Assembly: GCA_028534125.1 (NCBI GenBank)
Contig: CM052816.1
Span: forward strand, 51,338,001-51,402,000
DNA: 64,000 nt
Direction: 5' to 3'
Source: Lama glama
Lineage: Eukaryota
Position 1 is the stretch's first letter. Each line of letters starts with the position of its first letter. The notes beneath the pieces are model-generated. The model did not search any database, had not been told where the DNA came from, and saw only the letters and a program-made list of their open reading frames with translations. Position numbers and translations under genes: made by a program. Shown here piece after piece: positions 49,881-62,279 of the stretch.

Positions 49881-51904
49881 CCATGGAGAACAGTCACTTG
49901 GACAGATCTGAGGCTCTTGCTTTCAGACATCAGCCCCAATATTCCCAGATTTCATGATGTATGATTAGTATATTATATTGAACTTTACAGAACTTAAAAA
50001 TATATAACATAGCTGCCATTCCCATAATAAACTGATAGCCTAATATAAGTTTTGGTAACACTGGCTTAAAACAAATTTTGCAAAGCCCTAAAAGGGCAAC
50101 AGGGTGATATTTGAGGCATTCCTTCTCCTGGGACTACCATAGTAATTTTTCTTACTGACTATTATTACTTAAGTCACATTAGAATTAATATATAGGGCCA
50201 TCCAGGGCAAAGACTCTATAGCATTTGTTTTTGTCTAGCTCAGTTCCTCCCACATAGGAAGCACTCCATAATATTTATTAAATCAACAATGAGTTACTGA
50301 ACTACTCTTTCACAGACACAGAAACACTTTCATCTTTTATCTCTTAAGCACATTAATCTATTGTCTCAAAAACTTGCTTTGGAGACCCAAAGCTCTCTGC
50401 GGTTTCAGGAAAGAAACATAACAAGTAGAAGCAAGGTAAAGTTTCTTCACACTTTGTCCTTCCTGGACTGGTGGAATACCCAAAAACAAGAGGAAAGCAA
50501 TTAGTTTTTTTCAGTAGTAATGGTAGTTTCTAGAAATAGCTTATCCATCTTCCGTTGAGAACTGTCGCTTTTCTAATCACTTTTCTCCTCATGCTGGTTT
50601 GGTTTAGAAACATTATTGCCAGAGTTTAGTGCACGCTTTTGGTTTTTAATATTGCAACCACGGCACTACAGGTAGTGAAGGAAAACAGCTATATTGAGGA
50701 AAGCTATACACTTATTAGAGTGTCAAAAGAGTGAAATTAAAGCTCAGAAAATCTTAATTTTCTGTGAAAGTTAAAAAAATCTTAAGGGAAATCCATGCTC
50801 CTGGTATTTTTGAAACGTGCTTCCATTTTCGTGGATCTTAATTGCTCTAATAAAGGAAAGAAGCTCATAACTGGAATCCAAAATGTTTGTGAATTATCAC
50901 CATGCAAACTTAGTTTATTCTATTGGGGAAGACAACCATTTCAAGAAATATTCATGCTTGGATTTTATTTTTTAACAGTCTGTTCAAATTTATTTTGGTA
51001 ATCAAATACATTTTAGGATTAAGGAGGGATGAAATGATCAATGAAAACTTTCATGCATTAAACAGTCTGAATTAAACTTCAAAATATCAGTTAACTAGGC
51101 ATCCAGAAAGCCCACAGAAACTAAAATATCTGCCAATCCATGACCCCAAGAAAACATGGTCACCATAATGTTAGAAAGGGGATTCTTACAATTAATCGTA
51201 GTATGCAAAAAAACTTAGGAAAATGTATGCTGTTATTAATTTGATATCAATCAACACTTATATTCCTAGGGAAGAAATTCTTGAGAAGGAATAGGGCTGT
51301 GAAAATTTCCTGCTACACAGTAATATGAATCTGATCAGTTTCTAGGCATTTATACACAACAACATATCAGGCCCCCACTGGGCGAGTGCTAGGTAGTTTG
51401 TAGAAACCTAAACTAGCTTGTTTTTTGAATTTCATCTCATGGCCTCTATTTTATTCCTATTCATTTTGAAATAGCTAGGTAGTATGCTGGCAAAATCAAG
51501 GAGAAGCCTGCTGATCGTGAAGATAGCAAAAGAGGATTTTATTCAGTTTGAACTGCATCTTTATTTGGAGGAACATTTCTGATGCATTTACTCAAAGCAC
51601 TAACTTAAATAAAACTACATGAAATGCATATAATTTAGAACTTTACTCTAGTATTGAATATTAGTACTCAATTAGCTACAGGGAAAAAATTCAATTACCA
51701 TTTGGATGAATAAGGCCTGGTTAGCAATTTTTAAAAATATTTACAATTTGAACTAATTTTTAAGTAGAACCATAATATGTAAAACACTCAAAAGTAGTGG
51801 GTTCTAAATGAGGAAGGTGAGAAACAATTAACACTCTCTTTTTAAGGTAGTCCTAACATGCCTCCAGCGACCCCTCAAGCTCCCAGATGAACAGCTTGAA
51901 AATC

Positions 51905-52040
51905 ACTGGAAAGGTAACTTGACTCTGCTCGAAACCAGGCTCCAGATCTAGCTTGATCACTAGAGCTGTATGACTTTGGAAAAGTGATTTTGCCCCCTTG
52001 GGCCTCAGTTCCCTCACTAATAGAATGAATGATCTCTAAG
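51905..52040 (+). mobile_element. MIR fragment
   Basis: 'gctgtatgactttggaaaagtga...ggcctcagttccctca'. Confidence 0.65.
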
Positions 52041-52984
52041 TGCGAATTCTTCTAGTGCCAACTATTCTTCTAGTGCCAATATTTTATTCTGATTTCTAAA
52101 TATAACTATTCACATTAAGACTTTGCAAAGAAACCTGTTGGGAGTAAAATATGAAGAAAAGCACTCATGGTTTACATTAGCATTAAAAGGATGTTGTTTT
52201 GAAATATGATGTACTTATTTACTCTTGGAAAAAAACAATAAAAACCCATTCAAACCCTCAGGGTCACATTTCTTCATCCACAATCTTTGTATTCCATCTC
52301 CAACTTAAATCATAGCACATCGCTACACATCAGAGGGAATATTTGTTACCTCACATGTCTGCAGCCCTCGATATTTTAAGGCCTTTAAGATTACATATGT
52401 AATATTTTCCATTTTATTGGCAGGCATCTCATTTTTACCTGGAAAAATTGCCATTATTATTCTATATGAATAATATATGATTTGGTCAGTGTTATTTGTT
52501 TGGTTAGATTACAATAGTTAAATACATATTTTTATTTTAAAAAGTGTACACTACCCTTACAGCATTCTTTACAAGTTGATTTTTTTGTTTCCCTGCACAG
52601 CTGTTCTATATTATTCAAGTGTGTTGTACAGTATTTGGCATATAAATAAATATTCAGGTACACCTGGTATAACTAGAAACCCTGTAGGTGTTGAGGAAGT
52701 TGTTAGGGCAATGCTAAAGTGATTGCCCAGGCTGGGCAGAGAATGAATATAGTTGTAAGCAACTGGTGGACTAGATGAGGAGGAAGGAAAGTGTTAAGGG
52801 ATTTTACATCCACGTGTTGTTCAGGAGTAGTGAGAAGAGTGGAAGTGATGGTCAAAGGAGAAAAACCAAAAGTCTAGATCTCAGAGGCAGGTAAGAGCTG
52901 AGCTGTGAGTTCCAGGTGCAGACATGAAGGTGTATCATTGAAGGAGGGTGAAGGAAAGGATGTCTGAAGTCCAGAAAAGGTAAA

Positions 52985-53343
52985 TTCTATAAGCTGAATA
53001 TTTGTGTGTCCTTCCTTACCAAATATCATATGTTGAAATCCTAATGCCCAATGTGATAATATTAGGAGGTGGGGCCTTTGAGAGATGATTAGTTCATGAG
53101 ATCAGAGCCTTTTGGATTGAATAAGATTAGTGTCCTTACAAAAGAGACCTGAGATCCCTTCTGTTCCCTCATGTGAGGATACAGTAAGGGCTTCAGCTCT
53201 GTGTCAAGAAGAGAGCTCCTATCGGGCCACGCCCTCTGATCTTGGACTTCCCAGCCTCCAGAACTGTGAGAAATAAATCTCTGTTGTTTAGAAGCCACCC
53301 TGTCTGTGGTATTTTGATATAGTAGCTTGAACAGACTAAGATA
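52985..53343 (+). mobile_element. MLT1A-type solo LTR
   Basis: 'catatgttgaaatcctaatgcccaatgtga...tcttggacttcccagcctccagaactgtgagaaataaat...gactaagata'. Confidence 0.9.
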
Positions 53344-54189
53344 ATGAGTCTAAGGGTGTCATAAATCATCAGATAGAACCTAAAATGGGTAAGGCAGAGT
53401 CCACACATAAACGCATTGCTTCACACGATTGTTCCCACAGCATCTAAACTGTATAAGCACAGTCCAAGTGGCCACCAATAGAATGGGATTCCCACGTCAT
53501 GTGGGAGGTTGATGGTATAATTTCCATAGCTCCTTCTTACTCCTTAAATATGTTATTTCCACCAGAAAAAATATTAAAGTTAATTCGATTTTGCACAAGG
53601 CATAAGCATTTATAATTAGGAGTCAAAATGATTCAGGGTGTGTTTGGTAATAACCTACAGAGATGAATGAACAAATTTTAAAATGGTAGAACTTTAAAGA
53701 TCACAAGGTCCTGCTTGCTCCTTACACAAAGGAGAAAACAGGCCCAGGAAGAGCATGTGATTTGCTTAAGGTTATAAGACAAGTTTGACGACTCTGGACT
53801 CTAGATGAATCCTTTTTTCCACTGTACTGTGCTGCTTTTAAGCCATTTTAATTTTGTGCTGATCTGCGAATTGGAGATAATAGATACTATTAGCTGGCCA
53901 GATCTGTGTGAACAAAGAGAACTGCAGATTTGAAACAACTGTGCAGATAATGCTATTTCCTAAGATGCTAAAAATGTTTTAATGAAAATATCCAGATAAT
54001 TGAAAACTGACTCATTTTATTTTTTGAAATAATTACCTTATTCACCATTTCACTTTACTAAATGCTCAATAAATGGAGATACTGGTCTCATCTCTATGAG
54101 GTTCCCACAACAAATGATTCACTAGAGAATAGTACAAAAAAAGAGAAAAGTGATCAAACTGCATATTACCAATAACGAAACTACTTTCT

Positions 54190-54980
54190 CATGCTCTGCA
54201 CTGAGAAGGAAACATCTCTGATGTGGTATTCTTCCCAAAAATGCTTAACTTAAATCCCACCATAAGGCAACAATCAGATATACATTGTGGGACACGTAAC
54301 AAAATGATGGGTCTGGATTCTTCAGAAATATCAATGTCATGAAAGTTTTTTTAAGAAGTAGAAGGACAAGGGGAAGACAGGTATAGCTCAGTGGTAGAGC
54401 ACATGCTTAGTATGCACTAGGTCCTGGGTTCAATCTCCAGTACCTCCATCAAATAAATAAATAAACCTAATTACCCCCAACCAAACTTAAAAATAAAAAT
54501 AAAATATTTGGACAAAAAAAAAGACTGCAAAAAAAAAAAAAACTAGAAGAAGAAGTGGAGGGATTGTTTTAGATAAAAGAAGACTGAAGAGACGTAACTA
54601 AATGCAATGCATGCTTCTTGATAAGATCCAGGTGAGAAAAAAAGCTAAATCAGATCTGGGACAATTCAGGAAATTTGAATATAGTATATATATCGGGTAA
54701 TTTCATTGCATTAATGCTAAATTCCTTGAGTATGACAATGATATTGTGGTTATGTAGGGGAATGCCTTTATTCTTAGGAGATACAAGCTGAAGGTGGTGA
54801 TGTCTACAACTTGTTTTCAGACTGTTCAGTCATAAGAAAAAAGTGGTGCGTTCATGTTGGGGAGAGGTATAAGAGAAGGGAGAGAGAGCATATATGGCAA
54901 AATGTTAATAATTGGTGATTCTAGGTGAAAGGTAAAATGAGTTTTTCATTATACGTAAAATTTTTCAAAATAAAAAATGA
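54190..54980 (+). mobile_element. Old L1 (L1MC/ME) 3' end containing Vic-1
   Basis: 'actaaatgcaatgcatg...attgtggttatgtagg...tggcaaaatgttaata...tttcaaaataaaaa'. Confidence 0.75.
54369..54542 (+). mobile_element. Vic-1 camelid SINE
   Basis: 'ggtatagctcagtggtagagcacatgcttagtatgcactaggtcctgggttcaatctccagtacctcca...aaataaacctaattacc' plus an A tail; degenerate TSD around 'tagaag'. Confidence 0.9.
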
Positions 54981-55460
54981 GGAAAAGTTGACAGTTCTGT
55001 GAGTTGTTTCCTGCCAAACAAAATGTACAGTAGGAAATAAATAAAATGGGAAATTTATACCTTGTCCAGTAAATTTTTACTTGCCCTGGGCAAAGCATCT
55101 ATTAACAGTCTATTATGAAGCACTTGATAACACTTGAATGAAATGCTAAATAAATGACAGATCTAGTTGTATGTGTTTCCTAAAGGAGTCTCTCTCCAGT
55201 TATTTAGGAGTTCAACTTTAGTAGTCATACATTTCAGAAATTATGTACATGAGATTATTCAGGTTCTAGAATTGCAAAACACCAACGCTCCATAGTCACT
55301 ACTAATCAGAGGTGATGAATATGGCCTTTTCTTTCCTATTTCAGAATCCCACCATCCCCATGTAGATCTACATTTAGCATATAGCACATATTTTCCCCCA
55401 AAACTCTAGAGTTTCCCCCTCTAACTAGAGAAAGAGTAATCTAGCAGCTAGCAGGCAATG

Positions 55461-55488
55461 CTGTGTGTGTGTGTGTGTGTGTGTGTGT
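55461..55488. repeat. (TG)n microsatellite
   Basis: Direct reading. Confidence 0.9.
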
Positions 55489-55699
55489 CCCCTAAACAAA
55501 GGAAGGGTTTCTAACACACTTGGTGTGTAGCAGGGGTTAGGAACTCACAGGGGAAGTTTCCCAGAGAATGTGATACCTGCTGAGCTAGTGGAAGGTAGAG
55601 AGGGTAAGATGATTTTGCAAAAAGTGGCAGCAGAATGAACAAAAGCAGCTGCTGGCTAATCAGTTTACCCAAAATATAAAACAAGATTTAATGTGCCCA

Positions 55700-56042
55700 G
55701 AGTGTCTGCAGGGTTCCCCCCCATTCCATAATTCCTGTTGTTTTGCCTTTGTTCGTTGACAACAATCTAATGACTGTTTCTCTCATATATGAGTCAAACA
55801 TTTCTGTGCAAATAACTAACTAAATATTTGAGTTATTCTCTGACAAGAATTATCATGATTGGTTTAGAATAGACAAATCAAGACTCATCCTCTGGAGCCA
55901 GGACAGAGGCTGATGCCAGTTTTCCCTCAAGCATATATCTTTACAGAATCATGTGGATACCTGAGCAAAACTGGAATTCTGTTAGCAGGGAAGAAGGCAA
56001 GGAGAATGTTTGTCAGGCAGGTGGCCCTCAGTGTCTGCTACA
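55700..56042 (-). mobile_element. Old MaLR/ERVL LTR fragment
   Basis: 'aaaactggaattctgttagcagggaagaagg...gtgtctgctaca' (reverse complement of the LTR start tgtagcagacac). Confidence 0.55.
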
Positions 56043-56090
56043 TGGAGGGAATCTACTCGATAAATATTCTGGAAGACTCAACAAGGGGGT

Positions 56091-56122
56091 GGGTCAGGTC
56101 AGATCAGGTCAGGTGCAGGTCA
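56091..56122 (+). promoter_or_regulatory. Composite perfect DR4 + DR5 nuclear-receptor motif (candidate)
   Basis: AGGTCA at 56096, 56106 and 56117 (spacers 4 and 5); function untested. Confidence 0.35.
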
Positions 56123-56139
56123 AAAGGCAAAAATGGTCA

Positions 56140-56560
56140 TCATGACTGTGGGCTTGCACCTCTGGGAGATTGTGGACTGTAAACTGAGTTGGAGAGTATA
56201 GCAGGGAAACCAGATTTGGGAGCAAGATAATAAAGTTCTGTTTTTATTAAATTGAATTTGAGATGTCCTTGGAACATCAAGGTGTAAATACACAGCAAAT
56301 ATTTGAAGTTCCAGGTAGAACACTGGATTGGTATATATAGATTTGAGTGTCATCCGCATGTAGCCAAAATAAAAGCTATGGAATTGTTAGATCACCCAAG
56401 GAGAATGTAGTATGAGCAAAGCAATGGACAGAAGAGGAATCTACAAGGGAGACAGAGAAGAGAGGCTTCAGGGGGGACTGAGAGAGAGCTGTCTCATCTT
56501 GGAACCTAGAGAGAGAGCTTGAGAAGTGAAGTGAGAGACATTGTCAAAAATAAAAGAAAG
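56140..56560 (-). mobile_element. L2 fragment
   Basis: 'ttgaatttgagatgtccttggaacatcaagg...gatttgagtgtcatc...gatcacccaaggaga'. Confidence 0.7.
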
Positions 56561-57339
56561 GTCCATTTACCTATGGTCTAAAGATATCTTTTACAGTCAT
56601 GTTTCTAAGTTCTTAGGAAAGTTTCAGATTGGCTTACATTGGGTCAAATGTCTACCAGTGAACCAATCATTATGGCCAAGAGGATATGGTCATCCACCCA
56701 CACTACAGACATGAGAATGGTGAATTAGGGGTGGAAGTTCACCAGAATACAAGGGGAATGGATGCTGAGCAAGCAACGAGAGATGTCCACTGCCAAGATA
56801 ACTTGCTGATGGCAAAGGTATTGACAGTTGAGTAGAAGACTTGTGAGGAGTAGATATTTGGAATAGTCCTTAAAAAATATATGGGAGCTTAACTTTGTCA
56901 AGTAAGAAGACTGACAGGTAGAGACACTTAGGATCTGCCTGAGGTTGTCTAAGTCAGCAAGGACAAGACTTCATCCAATGGTGCTTGACTACTCAGAGAT
57001 AAATAAAAACAGTAATACTATGTACGTGTGAGGGATTGCTTTAAAGGATGCATGTACTGACTCACTTAATCTTCATAACAACTCCATGGGAGTGATGTAG
57101 GGATCAAACTGTGTATGAGGGGATCAACCCTTTGTAAAGCTCAGGATGGAAGTGGAGCTGAAGGGAGGCCTGTGGGGCTCTGAGAGTCTCTGTGAGGTTA
57201 GCTGGGGTTGAGAGTGAGACTTGGAAAAACAGGAGGTTGTACTCAGAGAGGAAGCTACTGGAGTTTGAGATTTTAGGGGGATTTCAGATTCATTTCTGCC
57301 TGACTTTCATTCCTATCTTTAATATCCAAAAGTAGTCTT

Positions 57340-57517
57340 CTTTGTTTGGCTTTTGGGTTTTGTTTTTGTTTTTGTTTTTGTTTTTTTTTTGGAGGGGAGG
57401 GAGGTAACTAGGTTTATTTAGTTAGTTATTTTAACTAAATAGAGGTACTGGGGATTGAACCTAGGACCTCGTGCATGGTAAGCCTGTACTCTAACCACTG
57501 TACTTTATCCTCCCCCC
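57340..57517 (-). mobile_element. Vic-1 camelid SINE
   Basis: T-rich tail, 'gaggtaactaggtttattta', 'gaggtactggggattgaacctaggacctcgtgcatg'; TSD caaaagtagtctt / caaaatagtctt. Confidence 0.9.
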
Positions 57518-57539
57518 TCAAAAATAGTCTTAAGTCATC

Positions 57540-57760
57540 TAGACCAGAGTGTCTGCTTGAGTCCTAGTTTTAGATGAGTGATCCTGAACAAGAAATTTAA
57601 ATTATCTGAGGCTCCTATTTCTTTAGCTATAAAATAAAGATGATAAATGCCTACCTCATACATTGTGTGAAAATCAGGTGAACTGATGAACATAAGACGC
57701 CTTCATTGTGCTATATCTGGAATATAGTAGATTCTTAACCTACTACATACATTCACTCTC
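57540..57760 (+). mobile_element. MIR
   Basis: 'gagtgatcctgaacaag...ctataaaataaagatgataaatgcctacctcata'. Confidence 0.65.
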
Positions 57761-58044
57761 ACCTTTACATTATTATCATCATTGTAATTAGCTTATACGT
57801 AGTTAAAAGGAGCTTTAAAGAAACCATGAGGGCAACGCTCAGTGTCTCATTGATCACGTATCCTTAAGAATTAGCACAGTGTCCGGTACACAGGAAGTAC
57901 TCAGTGAATGGATGTGGAACCCGAGTTATCTGCTGCCTTCCATTTCACGGGTCACCCATCTCTGAAGTCTATGGGGAAAATAGTTTTTTCTCATATCTGC
58001 GTCTGATTCAGTCCACACTGAAGCCTGATCCTCTACCAGAACTT

Positions 58045-58510
58045 GTTGAATAAGTACTTATTGAGACCCACTTTGCATCTGGCACTATTCTAGGAACCAG
58101 GGATAGAGGGTACAAAACGCAACTCTCCTAGAGCTTCCAGCCACAGGGGAAGCAGACATTAATGAAATAATCTTACAAATCAATATAAAATTGTAACCAT
58201 GATATATGCTACTAAGGAGAGGCTATCAGAAGGAGACTGACCTAGTCGGGGAAAGTTTCTCTGAGTAAATGATAGTTGAGTTGAGGATAAAAAAGACTTA
58301 ATTTGATAAAAGGGTAATGGGAAAGCTCCCTTGGCAAAGGGAGGAGCATATACAGTCTCTGGAAGAAGGAGCATATCAGAAATAACACCTGTGTGGATGG
58401 AGCAGAGAGACACAGAGAGAGTCTTGTGCTGGATGATGCTGGCAGTGGAAGGTAGTAGCCACAGAAGCAGGGCCCAGACTCTTTGCTTATTCTCCCATGG
58501 GTCATCACAT
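58045..58510 (-). mobile_element. L2a 3' end
   Basis: 'tacttattgagacccact...ggcactattctagg...gcagacattaatgaaataatc'. Confidence 0.75.
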
Positions 58511-59854
58511 GATCTACAGACACCATTTTTCTTCACAAGGTGCTGGTCTTAGCCAAAGAGAGGAAAAGCTTTACTTCACTTTACTCTCTCCCTTAATACC
58601 CTACTCACCACTAGCCCAAGACTTCTATGAAGAGTAGAATTTTTAGAGAATGTTTGGGAGTCAGAGAGGAGGAAATCCAGCATAGTTCAGAAGAGGAGAC
58701 AACTAAAAATTGAATAACACATGCTATTGGTCTTAGAAAGGTCATCTTTCACTCCAAACTCAGCTAGGATGTAAACTTCTATTCTTTGTTTTTATCCTGA
58801 GCAATGCAGTTGCAGCCATTGTTCCTGCCAGTGTTTATTCTCTTCAACCTATCTATGGTCAGGTTCTTAAGCAGGACTTCCACCACTACAGATAAGAGCA
58901 GGAAGTATGTACGTGCATGAAGGCATTTCTTTGAGTTTATTTCTTCCATCACAGTGCATGACCAAGAACTCCAAGTTCGGCTGACTGAAAACCAGTCAGA
59001 TGACTTTGTGCCATCAACTTCCCTTTAAAAAACAAAACAAAACAAAAACACCGCACCACTTTAAATTTTTCCACTCATTTAAAAAGCAGTTATATAACAC
59101 TTAAAATGTGCCATCAACTGGGCTGATTGTGCTAACATACACAAAGATGTGTAAATCATGGTACTTGGCCTGGAAAGGTTCATGAGACAAATCATTTCAA
59201 TGTATTATCTTGTTATGGTGCTGTAACTGAGGTGTAACTGTGTTGTGGATGGAGGGACTTCCCACAGAAAGTAACATGTGAGATATGGCCTTGAAGAACA
59301 AATCGGAGCTTTCCAGGAAGAGAGGGGGGAAAAGATAGATAGTAGCACAGAAACAACATGTGGGAAGGCATGTTGGAAACTGTTAGAAAGTCTGTCTGGG
59401 GAGATGAACCAGGCGAGGCAGACAGACTTTATGGCCTTAATAAAGCAATGATGTAACCAAATCAATTTCTTAAAATGGATTTCTAAGCTCTGGAGATGCT
59501 ATGTGACATCGTAGCTGCTTTAAGAAATTTTCCTTACATGTTGTATACATTAGTCAAGAAAAATTCAGCAAGTCATCTTGGGTGTTTAGAAATGATTTTT
59601 AGATTTCATCCAGATTGGCATTAGGTAAACTAGCAATAGATTTCTAGCCCAGTGGTTTTTTCACCTCCTGTTTATTGTGGTCCCAAATCGGAGCACTGGG
59701 TAGAGACCAGGAAATGACTTTCTTATACAGAATAAGGATGAAGTAGGTATGCAGACCTAATAAAATGTAACCATGAAGCTGACTCAGAAGGTTGAGTCAA
59801 TTACTCATTATCTCTGTGTGGATTATCCACAGTTTGGTTTAGTCTATTACTTGG

Positions 59855-60180
59855 TAATAATAAGAGCAACCATTTATTGAGTGACTATTAAGTGTCAGGA
59901 GCTTTATTCATGTTACTATCTAACCCTCACACTTTCCTGAAGTAGGTTTTGTCCTGATAGCCACAAGAAAACCACATTTTATAGAGAGTAAGTAGCTTGC
60001 CCAGAACAGAGTGATTAGGAACAGGGACTATAATGCCACAAGCTTGTGTTTGAAACCTGGCTCTCCCACTCACCCCGACCTTGGGAAAGTTGGCTAACCT
60101 CTCTATGGCTAAATTTCCCCACTGTAAAATGGAGATACTGTATCTAAGCACTTAGAAAAGTGGGTAGCATAATTTTTTGC
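59855..60180. mobile_element. Two adjacent MIR fragments in opposite orientation
   Basis: 'aataataagagcaaccatttattgagtg...agcttgcccag' (-), then 'accttgggaaagttggctaacctctct...ctgtaaaatggagata' (+). Confidence 0.7.
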
Positions 60181-62279
60181 TGTTATGATTATTAATGGCC
60201 AGATTCTTAACAGAACCTTTCAGTAACCCTCGCTGCCAAGTATTAACCAATGTAAAATTTTCCCTAGATGAAGCCACCAGGAAGGAATAATGTGCTGCAG
60301 AATAATCACAATGCTTTCAAAAATAAGAGAGAAATGACTTCAGGTGAAGTCTTTATTTACCTTCATGATTTGGGATAACAGGAGGACGGCTTTATTCTTA
60401 AGCTGTATGGCTGTAGCTCTCAAAAGTCAGCATGTATAAAAATCACTTATGAAACTTGTTGAAACTTCCAATTCTTGAATGCATTACGCCCCTCTATGTC
60501 AGATGCTGGTTCAGGAGGTCTGAGATGACTACTGAGTTTTCTGTCATGTCTTCCTTAAAGGGAAAGAAATGTCTTTCTGTTTTTGTTTTTGTTTTCCTTT
60601 TTGCTAATTATATGAACCACCAACTACAATCCCCTACTATTAACCTGAAGCCCATTTGTGTTTCTGCAAATCTTCATTGTCTTTCTTGTTCTCCTGGTCC
60701 CAACACAATGCCTAGATTTCCCCAGGGTCCAGAATTCTTTAATAAAACTCACAACTATTTTGCCTTCCTCTAGGTGTAGGGAGGTGGGACTGACTTACCA
60801 ACTTTTAGTCCTTAAGAAATAGCTGCAGTGGTTTAACCTATCAAAAGTAGGAGTCTACTATAGCAACAAAAGTAGGATTGATAATAGTCTTCAATTTTCC
60901 CTTTTCTTATAAACAGGGAAAGCACTAAATAGGAGAAACGAAATAAGAGGCTGAGAAATTTTTGCTCTTAGCTTCACCCTCTCAAAAAAAAAAAAAAACT
61001 TCTTGAGATAAATCTGGGGCAAGGAAGTTCTAACATTTTTACAGAAATTACAAAGCATCAAAACTCACTCTCAGAGGACACTCCAGAGCCCAGACAAAGC
61101 TGGCCTGGGAATCCTAAGCTGATGAACAGTTTCTCTGCAAGGTGGATATATGCCTCTGTGCCTTCCTGTGCTGGGTTCTTGTGCATTGCACTGCTTCCAG
61201 CCCCCTAGGCAGGAGGAAACCCAGAATCTACTCTACCCCTGGGTAGCCGCTGACAACTGGAAACTCTAGGCCAGGAGACAGCCTCCTGGGCAGCCTGTTT
61301 TTGCTCTTTCCCAATCTGTTCAACTCAGTTTCCTGACGGCAGGAGTGTTCTTTTTGTGCCAGCTTTAAACCACTGAGTGCCCTGGGCATGGGCCCGGGCT
61401 CTGGAGCTGCGCCCAGTGCTTGGCCCAGTACTTGGCCCACTGCCCAGGAGTTGTCAAGTGTCTGCACCGGGTATCTGTCCCTTCAGCCGCCTGTCCTCCA
61501 ATCTTCCCCTTGGAACAGTGGGATGAGAAACATCCACCCTTGTAATTTTTCCTAGCCCACCCAAAACTTCTTCATGCCCTTGTTAAGGCAGTGGGCCCAG
61601 TGTGGTTGCAAGCCCTGGCTAAGTGGGAACACAGGTACTGGGTCTTTTAAGGGCATTTAGGGATTCCTTCGGAGCCCTCTAGTGATCATAAAACATTTTA
61701 AAAGGCCTTTGGGCCCTGGGCTGTGGATTCTTCAGCAACCAGAACCTAAACGCAACCACAGCTTACAAGCCTCTTCTAGAACTTCTTCATCCTTAAGATC
61801 CTTTGGTTAATTTTAGCCTTTTGGAAGAAGGGGGACAGAAAAAACCTGGCTAATTTTGGTCTTACTGAGCTTGTATGTGAGCTAAACCTGTCAACCTGTA
61901 CCCCTAGGATGTTGTACAGCCTTTAAACAGCTTCCTTTTGGGCACTCCATGCAAGCCCAGTAGGGCACACTCCAGGGGGAGAAGAGGCAAGTGTGTGGAT
62001 GGAGACAGATCCACCGACTTGGAGAAAAGACTGACACAAACCAGAGTCATAGCTGGAGGACCGTTGGACATGGAAATTCCCACACCAGGTTCCTGAGCAC
62101 AGAGATTTATGTCATATTTAAATCTCCAAAGTTGAAAGGGTTCAGAAAATTGTAGGAAAGTAAATACACTGTTTAGCTACTAGGTGGGTGGTCATCACAT
62201 ATGTAACATATCTAAGAATTTAAGGCAGAACAGCTTGAACACTTTTATATCTAATTCCCAATAATAGTTCCAAGCTGGG

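Noticed and set aside
48140..52079. Short direct duplications (48140-48171, 52046-52079; also 3814-3839 and 11600-11627)
   Set aside because: Two-copy slippage duplications; not arrays and nothing CRISPR-like.
54369..54450. tRNA-like sequences here and at 2984 and 57517
   Set aside because: They continue into the Vic-1 body and A-rich tail, so they are SINEs rather than tRNA genes.
59823..59831. TTATCCACA DnaA box
   Set aside because: Irrelevant in mammalian DNA.
61250..61750. GC-rich segment as a promoter or CpG island
   Set aside because: Few CpGs; GGGCCC-rich text is more like an old hAT-Tip100 element, which I could not assign confidently.
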